A stretch of 64,000 bases of DNA from Phoronis australis (taxonomy: Eukaryota > Animalia > Phoronida), in assembly GCA_002633005.1 (NCBI GenBank), contig NMRA01000384.1, positions 15,992 to 79,991 on the forward strand, written 5' to 3'. Within the stretch, counting starts at the first letter, position 1; each line of letters opens with the position of its first letter. The position numbers were made by a program, and so were the translations under genes. The notes beneath the pieces are model-generated. The model made no database searches, was not told where the DNA came from, and saw only the letters and a list, made by a program, of their open reading frames with translations. Of this stretch, positions 13,055-26,500 are shown piece by piece.

Positions 13055-14274
13055 TTTTTTGCTCCCACATATTTATATGTGGGTGCATATAGCCGTCATC
13101 GCTCCTGGGCGTCCGGGCGTCTGGGCAGGTGTGTTCCTACGGGGTTGACGACAAAGGACGACGAGTTTCGGACCGACCCGAATACCGCTGTTCCCTTAGT
13201 GACAATTTAATTTTTTTACGGTTTGCCTCTGTATCTTAAAAGGCCCTCAACCGATTTTCATGAAATTTGGCACATAAGGCATCTTTTGATTATATGACGC
13301 TATCCTCCCGTTTTCGGATGGATTTGAGGCATTTTGCGCTATCTAGTGGCCATTTATACTATTTCGAGTCTGTTTTTTGGCTTCCGCTCCTCTAGTAACC
13401 AAACTACTCTAAGGATGATTGTGAAAATTTGCCATGTATTTTCTTACTATAAAGAGGACGGTTGATGATGATTTTCCGACTTCGACTACTGTAGCGCCTC
13501 CAAGTGACAGTTTTTACGCCCGTAGCTTAACTCCTAACCCTTTGCATGATCTTTACTAAATTTAGCACATGTATTTACATGAAGTTGACAACGGAAGACG
13601 ATGGCTTTCAGACAGATCCGACGAACGCTGTGCCCCCTAGTGGCATTTTCATTTTTTCCGTTTTCCTCTGTTTCTCTGAAGTTCCTTAACGGATTTTCAT
13701 GAAATTTGGGAAATAGCTTTCTGTAAAGAAACGATGACATTTTCCCGTTTTGGACAGATTTGACGTATTTTGTGCCATCTAGTGGCCGTGTTTACTGTTT
13801 TCTAGTCTGTTTTTGGCCTCCACCCTCTGTCAACCAAAACCAATCTTAGGACGATTGTGAAAATTGGCATATAGATGTATATTCTTACTTTGAAAAGGTC
13901 GGTTGACAATGATTTTCCAACGACTTCGATTACTGTGGCACCTCCTAGTGGCAGTTTTTTTTTCACCCATATAGCTGTATCTCCTGCTGACTGACGACTT
14001 TCAGACGGTTCCCACGAACACTGTGCCCCCTGGCAATTTCTTCTTCCCGTTTTCCTCTGTTATTCTGAAGTTTCTCTGACCGATTTTTATGAAATGTGAT
14101 AAATCGCTTTCTACGGTAAAAGAAACGGCGACATTCTCCCGTTTTTGGATGGATTCGAAGTATTTTGCACCATCTATTGGCAATTTCTATGATGCAAAAA
14201 ACACCCCTAGAAGCACACCGTTTGTTGTATCGTGTATTCGTGGGAGCAATTCAACTTTCTGCGTTGCTCTTGTT
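13055..14274 (+). mobile_element. Non-autonomous Helentron (HINE/DINE-1-like) element
   Basis: T-run, then subTIR TGCTCCCAC inside the hairpin CCCACATATTTATATGTGGG; GGGCGTCY repeats; internal ~400-bp repeats containing GATTTTYATGAAAT; 3' inverted subTIR GTGGGAGCA (14240-14248), a short stem-loop and a CTTGTT end. Confidence 0.7.
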
Positions 14275-17024
14275 TATTGTTAAGTGTTCTTGCAATCTTT
14301 TGTTGGCGCTCACAGGTCCTAAACCAATTGTGTATCCGGCATTACAGTAAAAACACTTCCCTTTGTAAGCACAACAGAAACAATGCCATCGTATTTTGGC
14401 TTTGGAAGCCAATTTGATAGAAAACACCCGTTTTAGTCCACGATAGTTTGATTTGCGAATTTTTTTTAAGACATCGTGGTGGAAGGAAATAAAAGCACAC
14501 ACTTACATGTACTTGCGGGCAGGTTGAAAGATTTTTACCAGTGCAACAACAAAAGATCGCCCGGCTTTGAGAAGGGCGAGCCAATAGTTTTAAAAAAGTG
14601 GCGGCATAGTCCTGTGTTTAAACAGCTTAAAAAGTGAAACAGATATCATTGTTCCTATGATGTCAAACTTGTCTGAAATAGTGGTAGTAGCAACAGATCA
14701 AATCGTGACGTGTATAGTATACGTTAAAATGGGAGGCCTAGCTGGGGTAATAGAAAATATTTGGACACTCTGAAAGGACATGATCATTTTGCTCAAACCG
14801 GCTCTAGGTCGATAGTTTAAAGGGGCAATAGTCCGAAAAAAGCTGACTGTCGGCCTTTCGGACTACAAAAACATGCACATTCTCTTCCAATATCTTTTGT
14901 GATAAAATATCAATTAAAATTGCTATTGTTTGTCCGAAGCACACATATTTAAGTACAGAAATTGGACATTCTACTGTTAATGGACGTAAAGCCACGTGTC
15001 TCATGAGGCGCCATTTTTGGAGTTGTAGCTCGCTGTCAACAACACGCATGGTTGTAGGCAGATAAAGGAATTTGGTATATTAACACGCTACATCGCGTAA
15101 AAAGCGCTTATTAAACATCGCTGACTTCGACGTTGGACATTTTTGGTCCACATAACCCACTTTCAATGAAGCGTAGTTCAAATCACTGAGTTAAATCACT
15201 GTATTCTTCTTGGGGCTCGTTCCACATTAAATTGTCGCGTGTTTCGTATCCGTTACCAGGTTTTCTAATGACCCGGTGACCGCAGCCATAACCGACTAGT
15301 CGCCAGTTCTACTAGCGAGGAAAATGTCTGCCTCCAGAGTTCAACTTAACGCAATTTTTGAACTAACACATCACAATGAAACCAGCCCCAGTTCTTTGAA
15401 AAGGACTGTTTTCAACAAGAGACAAAAATGATAACACGGTGAGCATCCTCATGTTTAGATGTAAGTCGCAATAAAAGATTACAGCTTGAATAATTCGTGG
15501 CAAACTACACAAGGATATAGTTAATTTACAAATACCGTGCTTGCCGATAGTTCAGAAATGTTTAAAGTTGGCGCACGTCTAAACAAGATTTTAAATCTCA
15601 ACATCCTCATTTCCAAAAAGTAGGCGTACTCTGCATCCACAGCTGTCAAGACGTTTCTCACAATATCATAGGCTGAACATAGACCTAATTCACGCCGACA
15701 GGAAGCGCGTTTCAAAACGAGACTCGCTACGATAGCTCAGTTGGCTTTTCGGCATAGTTGCCAGTGTTCGCCACGCTGCTCGAACACCTAGAAAAATACG
15801 GACATTCAACCGTCTGTTTTACAATCCCTTAGGACGTTGAGATTCGGAAATGTTGGGTCGCATGCTATACGCAGCGACGAAAGAAAATAGGTCCGTGTAA
15901 ACTTTATAAATGTTTAGTTCGAAAAGTTACAGGTAGAAATATTTTGTCGCCGGCATCTCGACCGGAGAATCTTCGGCCAGCCAGGCTGTGTTTTCATGAC
16001 GACGGGTTGAAAGATGATGCATTTTTCTTTCCAAAAAGGACAGGGACTTCAATCCCTCGATTTTGGGGCCAAATATCGGCCTATTTCAGTCCCTCTCAAA
16101 AATATTGAAAAGGCCCCCGAAATTCCCCCCCACGAGGCCTAAAAATTCCCTAGTGATTGAAAAGTTCTCTCCGAAGTTCAGATCACCTGTAACCACACAG
16201 GTGACAATTTGAAAGAGCACAAAATGCTACTTGAGGTAGATTTTTCCTCTTACTTGGCGAGAAAATTCCCTTCTCAAAACTCACTGGAAAGCATGTCAGG
16301 CACCTCGTGGGTGGCACACGCAGCACTGAAAAAGTGAGGGCTAAAGCCCTCACGAAAACTTCCAATAGGATTTCCTATTGTATTCCTATAGGAAATCCTA
16401 TAGAGAACCTGAATATAATGCGAAAGCGATTTCTGGGGCTGTGCTCGTTTTTAATTTTCTTTCAAAATTTAAAAAATGGTCAAATAATTTTTATTTTCAA
16501 TTACGAGCCTGGTTTTATTTTTGATAAAAAATTTATTTGATAACATCAGTTATTCGTTCAGATCAATGACAAATCAACTGTGAGATACCTCACCAGGGCC
16601 TAGGCTATGCTTGATGTTAATATTCATTATCGACAAACGGTGACTAATAGCGGATTTGCAGCGCAAGCGAACTACGCATTGCGCATGTGCGAGTTACTTC
16701 CTGCGCGAAGGCTCATGGGATAGCTTGTGGTCAGGCCGTGTCTTGAGCAGGCTGGATAGTGTGTGCATTTGGAGTGATTTGCAAACTAAAAACCATGTTT
16801 TATTTTTTGCTTTATAATACCAAGCAAGTCCTCTCTCTCGTTTGTAAACACAGCGTAGCTATGATCAGTGACCGTGTGACCGAGGGCACGACTGTCGTCA
16901 TGTTCAGTATTGGGGCTATCGGCGTAGTTTTCGAAATCTCCTCCGGTTTTAGACAAGTTGAGAGTTCTTGGGTTGCTTAACTTTTGTAGCTTTCGCCGTG
17001 GATATGCTAGAGACGTCAATTTTA

Positions 17025-17161
17025 NNNNNNNNNNNNNNNNNNNNNNNNNNNNNNNNNNNNNNNNNNNNNNNNNNNNNNNNNNNNNNNNNNNNNNNNNNNN
17101 NNNNNNNNNNNNNNNNNNNNNNNNNNNNNNNNNNNNNNNNNNNNNNNNNNNNNNNNNNNNN
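17025..17161. other. Assembly gap
   Basis: Run of N. Confidence 1.
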
Positions 17162-17258
17162 CTCTCCTAATGTTGTTTATCCATTTTTCACGAAAATCTT
17201 GGCTTGCAGGGAACTCATAAAATTCAGATTTTTATCTCTCTTGTTGTTTTTGAAGCAG

Positions 17259-18621
17259 CCAGGAACACAACAAGTGTATCCGCCGTAAGTTTTCTTCGCG
17301 CTCACCGTTTATTATGCTTGTTACTATGGCCGCTTTCGGAATCCTGACCACAGCACCCACAATGCACCATTTTAACCTAATTTCAATATGGCGTCGCTGC
17401 AAATCCGCTATTGCACGTGACAGCAAAATGCGATGAGCCACCACAGTCGAATATATCTTCAACTCGTCAAGAGTACGACAAACAGATGACCTGATTCGTG
17501 TAGACAACATTTTATCAGCAGTTTGTAAGAAGAAAAGTAACCCTGCATTCAGCATAATACCTAATCCGCTAAGATCGCCGCAGTTTGGTAATATTTACTT
17601 TTCATGTTTCGAACCTAGTTTTCCGAAAAAAAACTTAGTACACCCTTCCGTACGTCAGACATTTCTTTGGTGCATTGACTTGTTCTCTAATGTATCTTTC
17701 TACGTCTCTGTGGTGAATTTTTACCCAAAATTACTCTCTAAATGGGCCCCTTTTTGTTAAAGCCCACTTTCTAAGTGGGTAGCGGGTATCCAATACTTTC
17801 GGGCGGCACCCCTCGGGTCCAAACATACTCGAACACCCCCGGCCGTGTCAGATATCACTTGTTCGTAATTTTAGTAGTTTTCTTTGTAATGTGACGTTGG
17901 TTTCGTAACATGTAGCATAATGGTACATTTCTCGCATGTGCATTCAACGTAAAATGTAACATTTACGTCAATGTAGCAACTTGTTACATTTTAGGAGGGC
18001 TTAACCAAAGACGCTCTCTGGCTTACAACGTAAAAATGTAACAATTGTTACACTTTACGGCGTATCAGAGCGGTCTCAATTAATAGCGAGCACTCAGTTC
18101 TTTCAAAGCCCTGAATTACAGGCTCCAGTATGCTATGAATGTGATAAGGGTAAGTCATGGTCTAAATCAAAAGTTGTGTTTTGCTTTGAAAGCCGCTTTA
18201 ATTTTAATGTAGGTATGTTATATACAGGTTCAAGGATTACTGATTTGGTCCTGTCCACGCGATTGAATTTTCAAAGGCCAAGTTTTTCTCCTCCGTTTTC
18301 AATCATTTTCCGTCCACTGACGAAGAAGCCAAGACGACCAAAAACGTTCTGTCAGTTATTTTCCTTCCACATGACATAGTTTTTAGCATTGTTCTTCCTT
18401 TCCACACACTTATGCGCGACACCAGCGTTTTCGGAAAAGTTTCGTTTCTGCCGTTCATTCTATCTCGTTATTATTCTCCAGCCAGTAGAACAGTCCCAGT
18501 TCCCGACCCCGATGAACTCTCGTTCAGTTTCCAGCGGCCACGAGAGGCAGGGATATCGTACGACAAAGAGGCCTGTTTGGCTGAGGATAAAGGAAGCAAC
18601 TACAACAGCAATCGTCAATAG
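17259..18621 (+). CDS. Candidate 3' part of a small spliced gene: micro-exons 17259-17284 and 18122-18149, terminal exon 18482-18621
   Basis: AG acceptors and GTAAGT donors; the spliced frame reads RNTTSVSA|APVCYECDK|ASRTVPVPDPDELSF...NRQ*; ATTAAA at 18662. No recognisable homology. Confidence 0.3.
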
Positions 18622-20497
18622 GTTATTTTATTTTTGTTAATTGTGTTAATTACAATGTAAAATTAAATAGGACATAGTAACAAGATTATTTTCAACGGCA
18701 AAACGTCATCAAACAAAAAACACAAAGACTGCAACTGGCGGGTAACCAGGGTTTCTTGGGGTTGGTCAACCCTAGAATTGCAAATTCGAAAAATGGTGCA
18801 TGCTGGGTTTGCTCTGAACTGAGTGGATAAATAAAGAGAATCCTATGGGGACAAGAAACATAACAAGGCCCAATTCGGATTTTCGTTTTTAGCCAGATAA
18901 ACAGGGCAAAGTACAACTTCAACAGGATTGGTCTGAACCAAATAAGGATCTGTCAGACCTCACTTCATTTCCAACAAACAACATGAGACAGTGGACTAAA
19001 TCCAAGGTTACTTTTGACTGCAAGGGCAGGTCTATTAACCCTGAAAATTTCAATCAAAAGAAGGCGCCATTCACTCATAAAGACAATTTTCATTTTCAAA
19101 TCATGTTCAACTAAAAAGCGTCACTTAAAACTCATCTCCTTGCCTTGCTATATTGCAGTCAGTGTGTTAATTTCACATCAGCAGACAAGGGATCTTAAAC
19201 AAAGCTTGGCTTTATCTCCTTGACCTCTGACCCAGGCTGATGTAGTTTTAGGGTACATGAACCCCTCTTTTCAGTGCTGAAGTCAGCTCAATGAAACGTC
19301 AATTCCTTTCTCTAAACCATAATCTGATTGCTGGGAATGGGTTTCCAAAGTGGATGCCACACAATGCTAAGTGATGTAAGCATGGTTTTTATTGGTCAGT
19401 CATTCACCTACAAATTTCAAATGACCTATCACGATACACTACAGGGTACATCCTAAAGTCTTGACTACTTCCCTCATCCATCGGATTTTTTCAGCATGAA
19501 CTTTTCCTATCTTGCTTCAAAAGCGCAAATAATTTTTAAGCTGCTTTTCACTTTCAATTGATTTTCAAAGAGAAATAAATGCTGACCTAAAAGTACATAG
19601 TATTACAAGTAAATCCTTAATAATTGGTAGCACTGGGATTCATTTCATGAAAAGTGACTTGAAACTTTAGAAGAAATGTGGTGGCAACCACATCACAATG
19701 GCTGGATAAAGATTTAGCCAAGTATTTATGAGTGTGTCACAGTCTAGGTAGCAGTTACTGTAATACGCTGTCAACAAAGCTTGTAGAACTTGACTGACAA
19801 CTTTATTAAATGTGTTGTGGTGACTTAATACTACACTTACTAATACAAATGGGCACACCTAATAGCAATATTGTCAGTCATGTGCATATTCCCAGAGACT
19901 TTGCATTTGTCCTTAGTGAGATTTAATTATTTCTCCGGGAGAAATAGGACCAAGAGGTTTGAACACTTAAGTCAGATGGCTATTTCTGAATGAGTAAAAC
20001 TCACTTGAGCAGAAGTGCAGAATATACATTTAACTGCAAGTTACTGAGATAACTTCCATAAATTATTTCTGGAGTCTGCAATGTGAAGTGGGAGAGTGCA
20101 AGACCAAATTTCTGTCTTAAGTCTTAAGTGACTTTTCCTGAAACAGACTCCAGTAATAAAAATAAATGACCAGGCTGTATTATGCTTTTGCTCAACTCCT
20201 TATATAAAAAGCATGATTACAAAAGATACAAAGTTATCTATCTTTCTTCCTTTCTAATCACAAGTTTCAATACACTTCATTTTATACATCCTACCAAAGT
20301 CTACCAGACCAAGAATGATATATGCAACATAAGGACAATTCTTCGAAATCGAAACAAAAAAATCTGTAAGCCGATACCCTACAATACTGACTCACAGGGC
20401 ACTTTATTTTATCCATACGCAACATTTCCTTGCTTGAAGTGAAGGACACAAAAAATCCGCCCTCCTCAAATTGCCATCTGCTAATTGGATGATGCCA

Positions 20498-20572
20498 TCA
20501 ACTCAACCAGTCAAGATCATCATCATCATCCTCATCACCAAATAAGGGCGGTGGAGGCTTCTCCTTCAAATC
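20498..20572 (-). CDS. FKBP15: FKBP15 terminal coding exon ([24 protein letters not shown])
   Basis: 75 nt ending in TGA; matches the recalled human C-terminus [16 protein letters not shown]. Confidence 0.92.
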   Translation of the reverse strand, partial: DLKEKPPPPLFGDEDDDDDLDWLS

Positions 20573-23500
20573 CTAAAATGGAGGAAAATGTTATTTTTGT
20601 GGAAATCTCCAACAATTTCAAACACTTGTCTAAGTGAAAGCATCTATTGATTTTGTGTTATGCGTTCAGAACCAGATGTTGAAGTCATTATGTATTGCAA
20701 CTCCCAGCTAAACTAGCATCTAATAGATAAACTTTTAGTTGAACCCTGAACTAGAGCTCAACTTCCTGCTGAAGTTTTAATTATGAACAAAGCACCAAAT
20801 GAAGCTTTGATAACAGTTGAACTATCGGTTGAAACTTCAACTAGAGTTGAACTACCAGCTGAGGTTTCAGCTAGTGTTGAACTACGGGCTGAGACTTCGA
20901 CTAGAGTTGAACAAGCAACAGAAACTTCACCAACAAGCTGTGTCTGTTGAAAGTTCAGGACAGAGAGTTGAGCCTCAAATGCTCATTTCAGAGGCCCACA
21001 TTCCAATGCTGTTATCACTGGCAGACACTCAAACATTGCACGGCCATGTCTCTGAGCTCAGTCTTAACTGTGCAAGGGAGTGAATGAGAGCCTGGGTAAT
21101 ACGTGAAAATGATTTCCAGGGGTGTGCTAACGTTTTAAAATTTCAAGGACAAAACCACAAAATGCAGCTGCAAGAAATTGGTTTGATGAAAAGAAGTGGA
21201 AGAATCCCTCAAGACCCGAGCAAAGCTACCACCAGTCTTTCAAATTAAAACAAAAGAAATGTCCGCTTACTTTCGGCGTGTACGGAAAACAGCATCTATT
21301 GAGAACATTGACCAGAAACTTCCACTTACATCATCATCATCATCCACAGGTTTCTTCTTTGTCTTCAAGAAGTCAGCACCAAAAGTATCCTCCACTGTAG
21401 TGTCAGCACCAAATAAGGGCCTGAAGAAAAAATAAAATGTTCGTTGCAGTGTATCCACATTGAACTAAAATAATCTCTGCAACTCAGAGCTGTAGGAAAA
21501 ATTTTCACAATCTTTCGAAGCAAGCCGCTAATTCAATGCCGAAAATGGAAATGACAACTGTGCTCATTTTGGGGTTGAAAGGGTAAGTAGTCCGCATAGT
21601 GGCTTAGAATTTTGCAGATGGTTGTGAATCATAGGTGTTGTTCACACACGATAGGCCTTTTAAAATTGACACTAGAGGTCAGTGAAATCAGTTCTTTGTG
21701 AACCCTGCTCTTAGTCATAGAACTGTCCCAGCTGGGCTGTGTAAGTAAACACTGCTTTATTATGGTTTATGGTCAAGGCTGAAAAGGTAAGTGTTTTATT
21801 ACCCCCTGTGAATTTTGAATAGCCAAACCTCCAATGCTATTGATTTTCACACGACAACAGGATACTACCCTTAACCATGATGGAAGTAGACACAATCTGT
21901 TACCAGTCTATATCCTACAGTCAGTGGACCATAACATCAGGTGACGGTCAGTAGTACAGTTATCACTTCCATTTTCGGCAAATAAAGACTGAGATGTTCC
22001 CATCAAATGCTGTTTCCAACAGCAGTAGCATAGCTTTGTGTTCAATGTAAATAACAAATGTATTGACATAGCATCTGAAATGAGTGCAAGTTGTTCTGTG
22101 GCAAAAGATGTTTAATGTACACGTACACCAAACTATAGTCACCTACTTAACACAGTAAGTCAAACCCGGGACAAAATGAAAATCAAATCAGGGCACATGA
22201 TAGTCATAAATGGTGCAATAGTGATAAGACTACAATTACCAAGATGTCACATTACACACATTTTCGACAGAATAAAAAATACAAGGTCTCATCAATTGAC
22301 ATTAACAGCCAGTAGCTTCATGAAGTGCTGGCTACATTGATTTCCTGCTGATCAAAAACTGGCAATAGTTGAACAGTTTTTTCCTCACTGGCAAACAATG
22401 TATTTTTGTCAGATTTCCATCAGGATTTTCACTATAAGTTCACCCAAGCTATATGGATTTTACCAGAAGCTCATCAGCTTGCCTGAACGCTACAGTCGGA
22501 GTATTCAAAGGCAGTAGTAGCCGCCAGGAAAATGTTACGGTACAGGAATTTTTCACCCTGGCATCATGTGAACATGATTTTTGATTCCGAAAGTGCCAGA
22601 CAAAAATAACACATGGCTTTATACGTAACTCGAGTCAATTTACGGTATGACCACAAAGAATCTTCACCAGTATTTAAAAAGTCACTTACATGTCATCATC
22701 GTCACCAAACAGAGGGTTGGACTGTTTCTGTTTAGGTGACGGCTTCTTCTCCGTAGTCTTTGATTCTATAACAAACGGGAGACAAGTAAAATAAAATTCC
22801 AACATCTGAGACAAAAATGACACAATCAGCGTCACCTGTCAAAACAATTGTTTTAATTGTTCTTCAGTATGGTGAATTCCCTTTCCCAAAGAGACATAAT
22901 TAGACCACAAATTGGAATCAACTAAGGGAGCGTTTGCAACTACCACCATTTTGATGAGCATATCAACCAGTAGCGTGCAGAAGTTTGGCGATGTCCGGGC
23001 AATTTCTTAAAGGTGCCCCCTCTCTACTCAAATGCATGGAACTTAGTGCTAAGTAAAGTAAGCAAAGATGAACCATAATACAGAAACTTGAATTTAACCT
23101 CAAACCAGTCACAGTTTATTCATAGTGATTGGATGCCCCACAAAGTTTATGCCTCGGGCCATTGGCCCCCCTTCTGCAAGGTACTGGTACAAACTGCAGG
23201 CTTTAAGGGGGAGGGGTCGGATGGGCATGCTGCTTTCGTACACAATGTCTGTCAGAATATAGTCTGGTTGTATTGTTTTGTTTTGTTATTCTGTTCGATT
23301 GGCATGACCCCTGAGTTAAGTACAGTGATGATGTAATTTGTTTACTACAAAATAGTGTGGAACTTTCTAGAAGACTGAGGTCAGAACAGTGATGATCTAA
23401 TTTGTTTACTGCAGTATAGTGTGGAACTTTCTAGAAGACTATAGCATGACAGTGATCAATGCAGTCTGGAATATTCTAGAGACTAGTATGTGTTTGTAGA

Positions 23501-26500
23501 ATGGTTGGGTAGATTCAGGAAAGTTCTAAAATGTGCTTGAATTGATGTAAAGTTCCAGAACAATGCATTAGGCTATAAATACACAAGCACAGGTTTGTGT
23601 TAGTCAGATCAAGTCAGTTCAAGAAGAGATCAAGTCAGAGAGATCAAGTCGGGAGATCAAGTCAGGTCAAGTCAGTTCAAGAAAGTTAATCAGGAGAATT
23701 ACAGTTGAGTTGCAGTGAAGAGAATCAGCAGTTACAGCGATAGTCAATAGAGAGCCAGGTATAGAGACAGCACAGCAGGTTATTGAATCAACGAGTGTAA
23801 CAGTTGCTGAACGTGTCTCAGAAGTTCATCACAAGTCAAGGCTTTGCAGCATTGGCTGGAGCATAAACGGATATTACGTCGGACGTTTTGTTTGAGTAGG
23901 CTTGTGAACGTACGGTCGGGATTAATAATGGATTAACTCGAACCAGTCTTCAGTCAATCGTCGTACCGAAAGCTATTAGCACCGGTCTGTAACAACCTGC
24001 GCCCACCCACACACGGGGAAAAACGTGACAATGTCCAATAACAGATGTCAACATTTTCAAATACTTGTTCACACCATAAATCTTGATAAAACAAGCAATA
24101 GCAGAATTGTTTTCAAAATCCAACCCTGCAAAAACACAACACTCCCGGAATTGTTTGAAAAACTTTTTAAAGCATATCAGAGTGCAAACCAACACCGGCA
24201 TTCAACTTAGAACCACATGTCTAGCAGTTTCACAGATACAAAACATACACCTTACAAAAACATCACCCTTTTTGTAGACTTTCAGGGGAAGGATGGGGCT
24301 TGGAAACAGCGTGTGGTTTGTATGCTCGCAAAAATGATGATAATTATGAACAGTCCCGAAAACGAAGAATCTACTGATTGCACACCAATAATGGTAGTCC
24401 ACTAATTGGAGTCTTGTAAATGTAGTCTACTAATTGCATTCTTCTAATTGTAGTCTACTAATTGAAGTCCACTAATTGGAGTCTACTAATTGAAGTCTAC
24501 TAATTGAAGTACACTGAAGTCCACTAATTGAAGTCCACTAATTGGAGTCCACTTCGAATTTTAACTTGATTGATGCAATTGTTTGTTTCTGGTTCTGACT
24601 TGGCCAAACTACCGCTATGAGAGACTTAGTTTTTTGTTTTCCCAAGGTTTACAAACAACAGAGCCGCAAGTGCTCAAAGTTGCACCAGTCCATACTCCGT
24701 GTCAGGTTAAATTAAATTTTCATCTGGTCAAAGTCTGTTGGATGATCGCTGGTCACTTATTAAGATTTCCAAAAAAGCAAGTTATGTCCTACCAAAGCTT
24801 AACATGTTTGAGAACTCCTCATACCAGAAACAAAAATCCCATTCTTTTTTCAAAAAGTGACATGTTGTTACTGATAAAACAACTAAAGGCCCGTTCACAC
24901 TAAGTGATTTGCCTGCAGTGCAACCGTTGAGCGATGACTCATTGCTAAGTTTGGACATGCCATCGCAGTTAGCAGACGTATCACTCGATCGTCAATGGTA
25001 GCTTAGCAATTTGTCTACGTGCAACGCAACTACAGCTCCATGCAGACAAATCGCTAAGAGCAGACAGGGCTTTAGAAATACTAGACTAACCTGCAGTGAC
25101 CCCCTTGTCTCCAGTAATATGGGCTACTGAAGGCTGAATTTTGTCTTCACTTTCATCTAATGGAACACCTTTATCCCCAGTGATGTATGCCTTGGAGGGT
25201 ATTATTGCATCTTCACTTGAATCCATTGGAAAACCCTTGTCCCCAGTGATCAAGCCCTTCGAAGGCGTTATTTCATCTTCATTTGCAGCCAATGGAACAC
25301 CTCTGTCACCAGTGATGAAGGCCTTCGAAGGCATTATTTCATCTTCACTAGCAGCCATTGGAACACCTTTGTCACCAGTGATGTGTGCCTTAGTAGGATC
25401 AATTGTTCCCTCATTTGAAGCCATAGGAACACCTCTATCCCCAGTAATGTATGCCGTAGATGGCTCTATTGTATCTTCAGCTGAAACTAGTGGAACACCT
25501 TTGTCACCTGTGATGTATGCTTTAGAAGGCTCTACAGTGTCTTCATTTGAAGCCATTGGAACTCCCTTATCTCCAGTGATGTACGCTTTAGAGGGCTCTA
25601 TCATGTCTTCATCTGAAGCCATTGGAACTCCCTTATCTCCAGTTATATATGCTTTAGAAGGCTCTATCGTGTCTTCATTTGAAGCCATTGGAACTCCCTT
25701 ATCTCCAGTGACGTATGCTTTAGAAGGCACTATTGTGTCTTCAGTGGAAGCTATTGGAACACCTTTGTCACCAGTGATGTATGCTTTAGACGGCTTTATT
25801 GTTTCTTCAGAGGAAGCTATTGGAACACCTTTGTCACCAGTGATATATGCCTTAGAAGGCTCTATTGTGTCTTCACTTGAAGCGATTGGAATACCTTTGT
25901 CACCAGTGATATATGCCTTAGAAGGCTCAATTACATCTTCCACTGAACCTATTGGAACACCTTTGTCGCCAGTAATATGAGCTTTTGAAGGCTCAATAGC
26001 ATTTTCTTTAACACCCACGCCATCTTCACTCTCATCATCATCTTCATCATCATCATGCTCTTCTAAATCTTCTTCTACTTCTTCTTCTTCTTCTTCTTCC
26101 TCTTCATCTTCTTCATCATCTACGTCATCCTTCCCCTTAGTAACTAGCTTCAAGGTAACCATCTGTAACAACCCAAAAACATAATCAACAGACAAAAACA
26201 AAGGATACGTTGATGAGAAGAACTGCACCATCAGAACAACTCCAACAAGAATGAAATCTGTGGCTGAACAAAAGTAATTACAGGTAAAAATTCATTTACT
26301 ACAAACTCGTTTGTTGTGGATGACTCAAATGCTTCCACCCTCATATAAGGGCCCTTTTCTACTTACTTTGCTTTAGTGAGATTTTGTTGTTTTCCAAAAA
26401 TAGTTGTGTGGATCTTAACACCAAATTTCTAATATTTAAGTCTTAAATAACTTTTCATGAAACAAGACGACTGATTCAGAAGTTAATGTCTCACAACAGC

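Noticed and set aside
16365-16401. 14-bp inverted repeat ATAGGATTTCCTAT / ATAGGAAATCCTAT
   Set aside because: Likely a fragment of a repetitive element; no further support for function.
25141-25980. 279-aa + strand repetitive ORF ([13 protein letters not shown]...)
   Set aside because: Antisense shadow of FKBP15 exon 26; the splice sites and homology support the minus strand.
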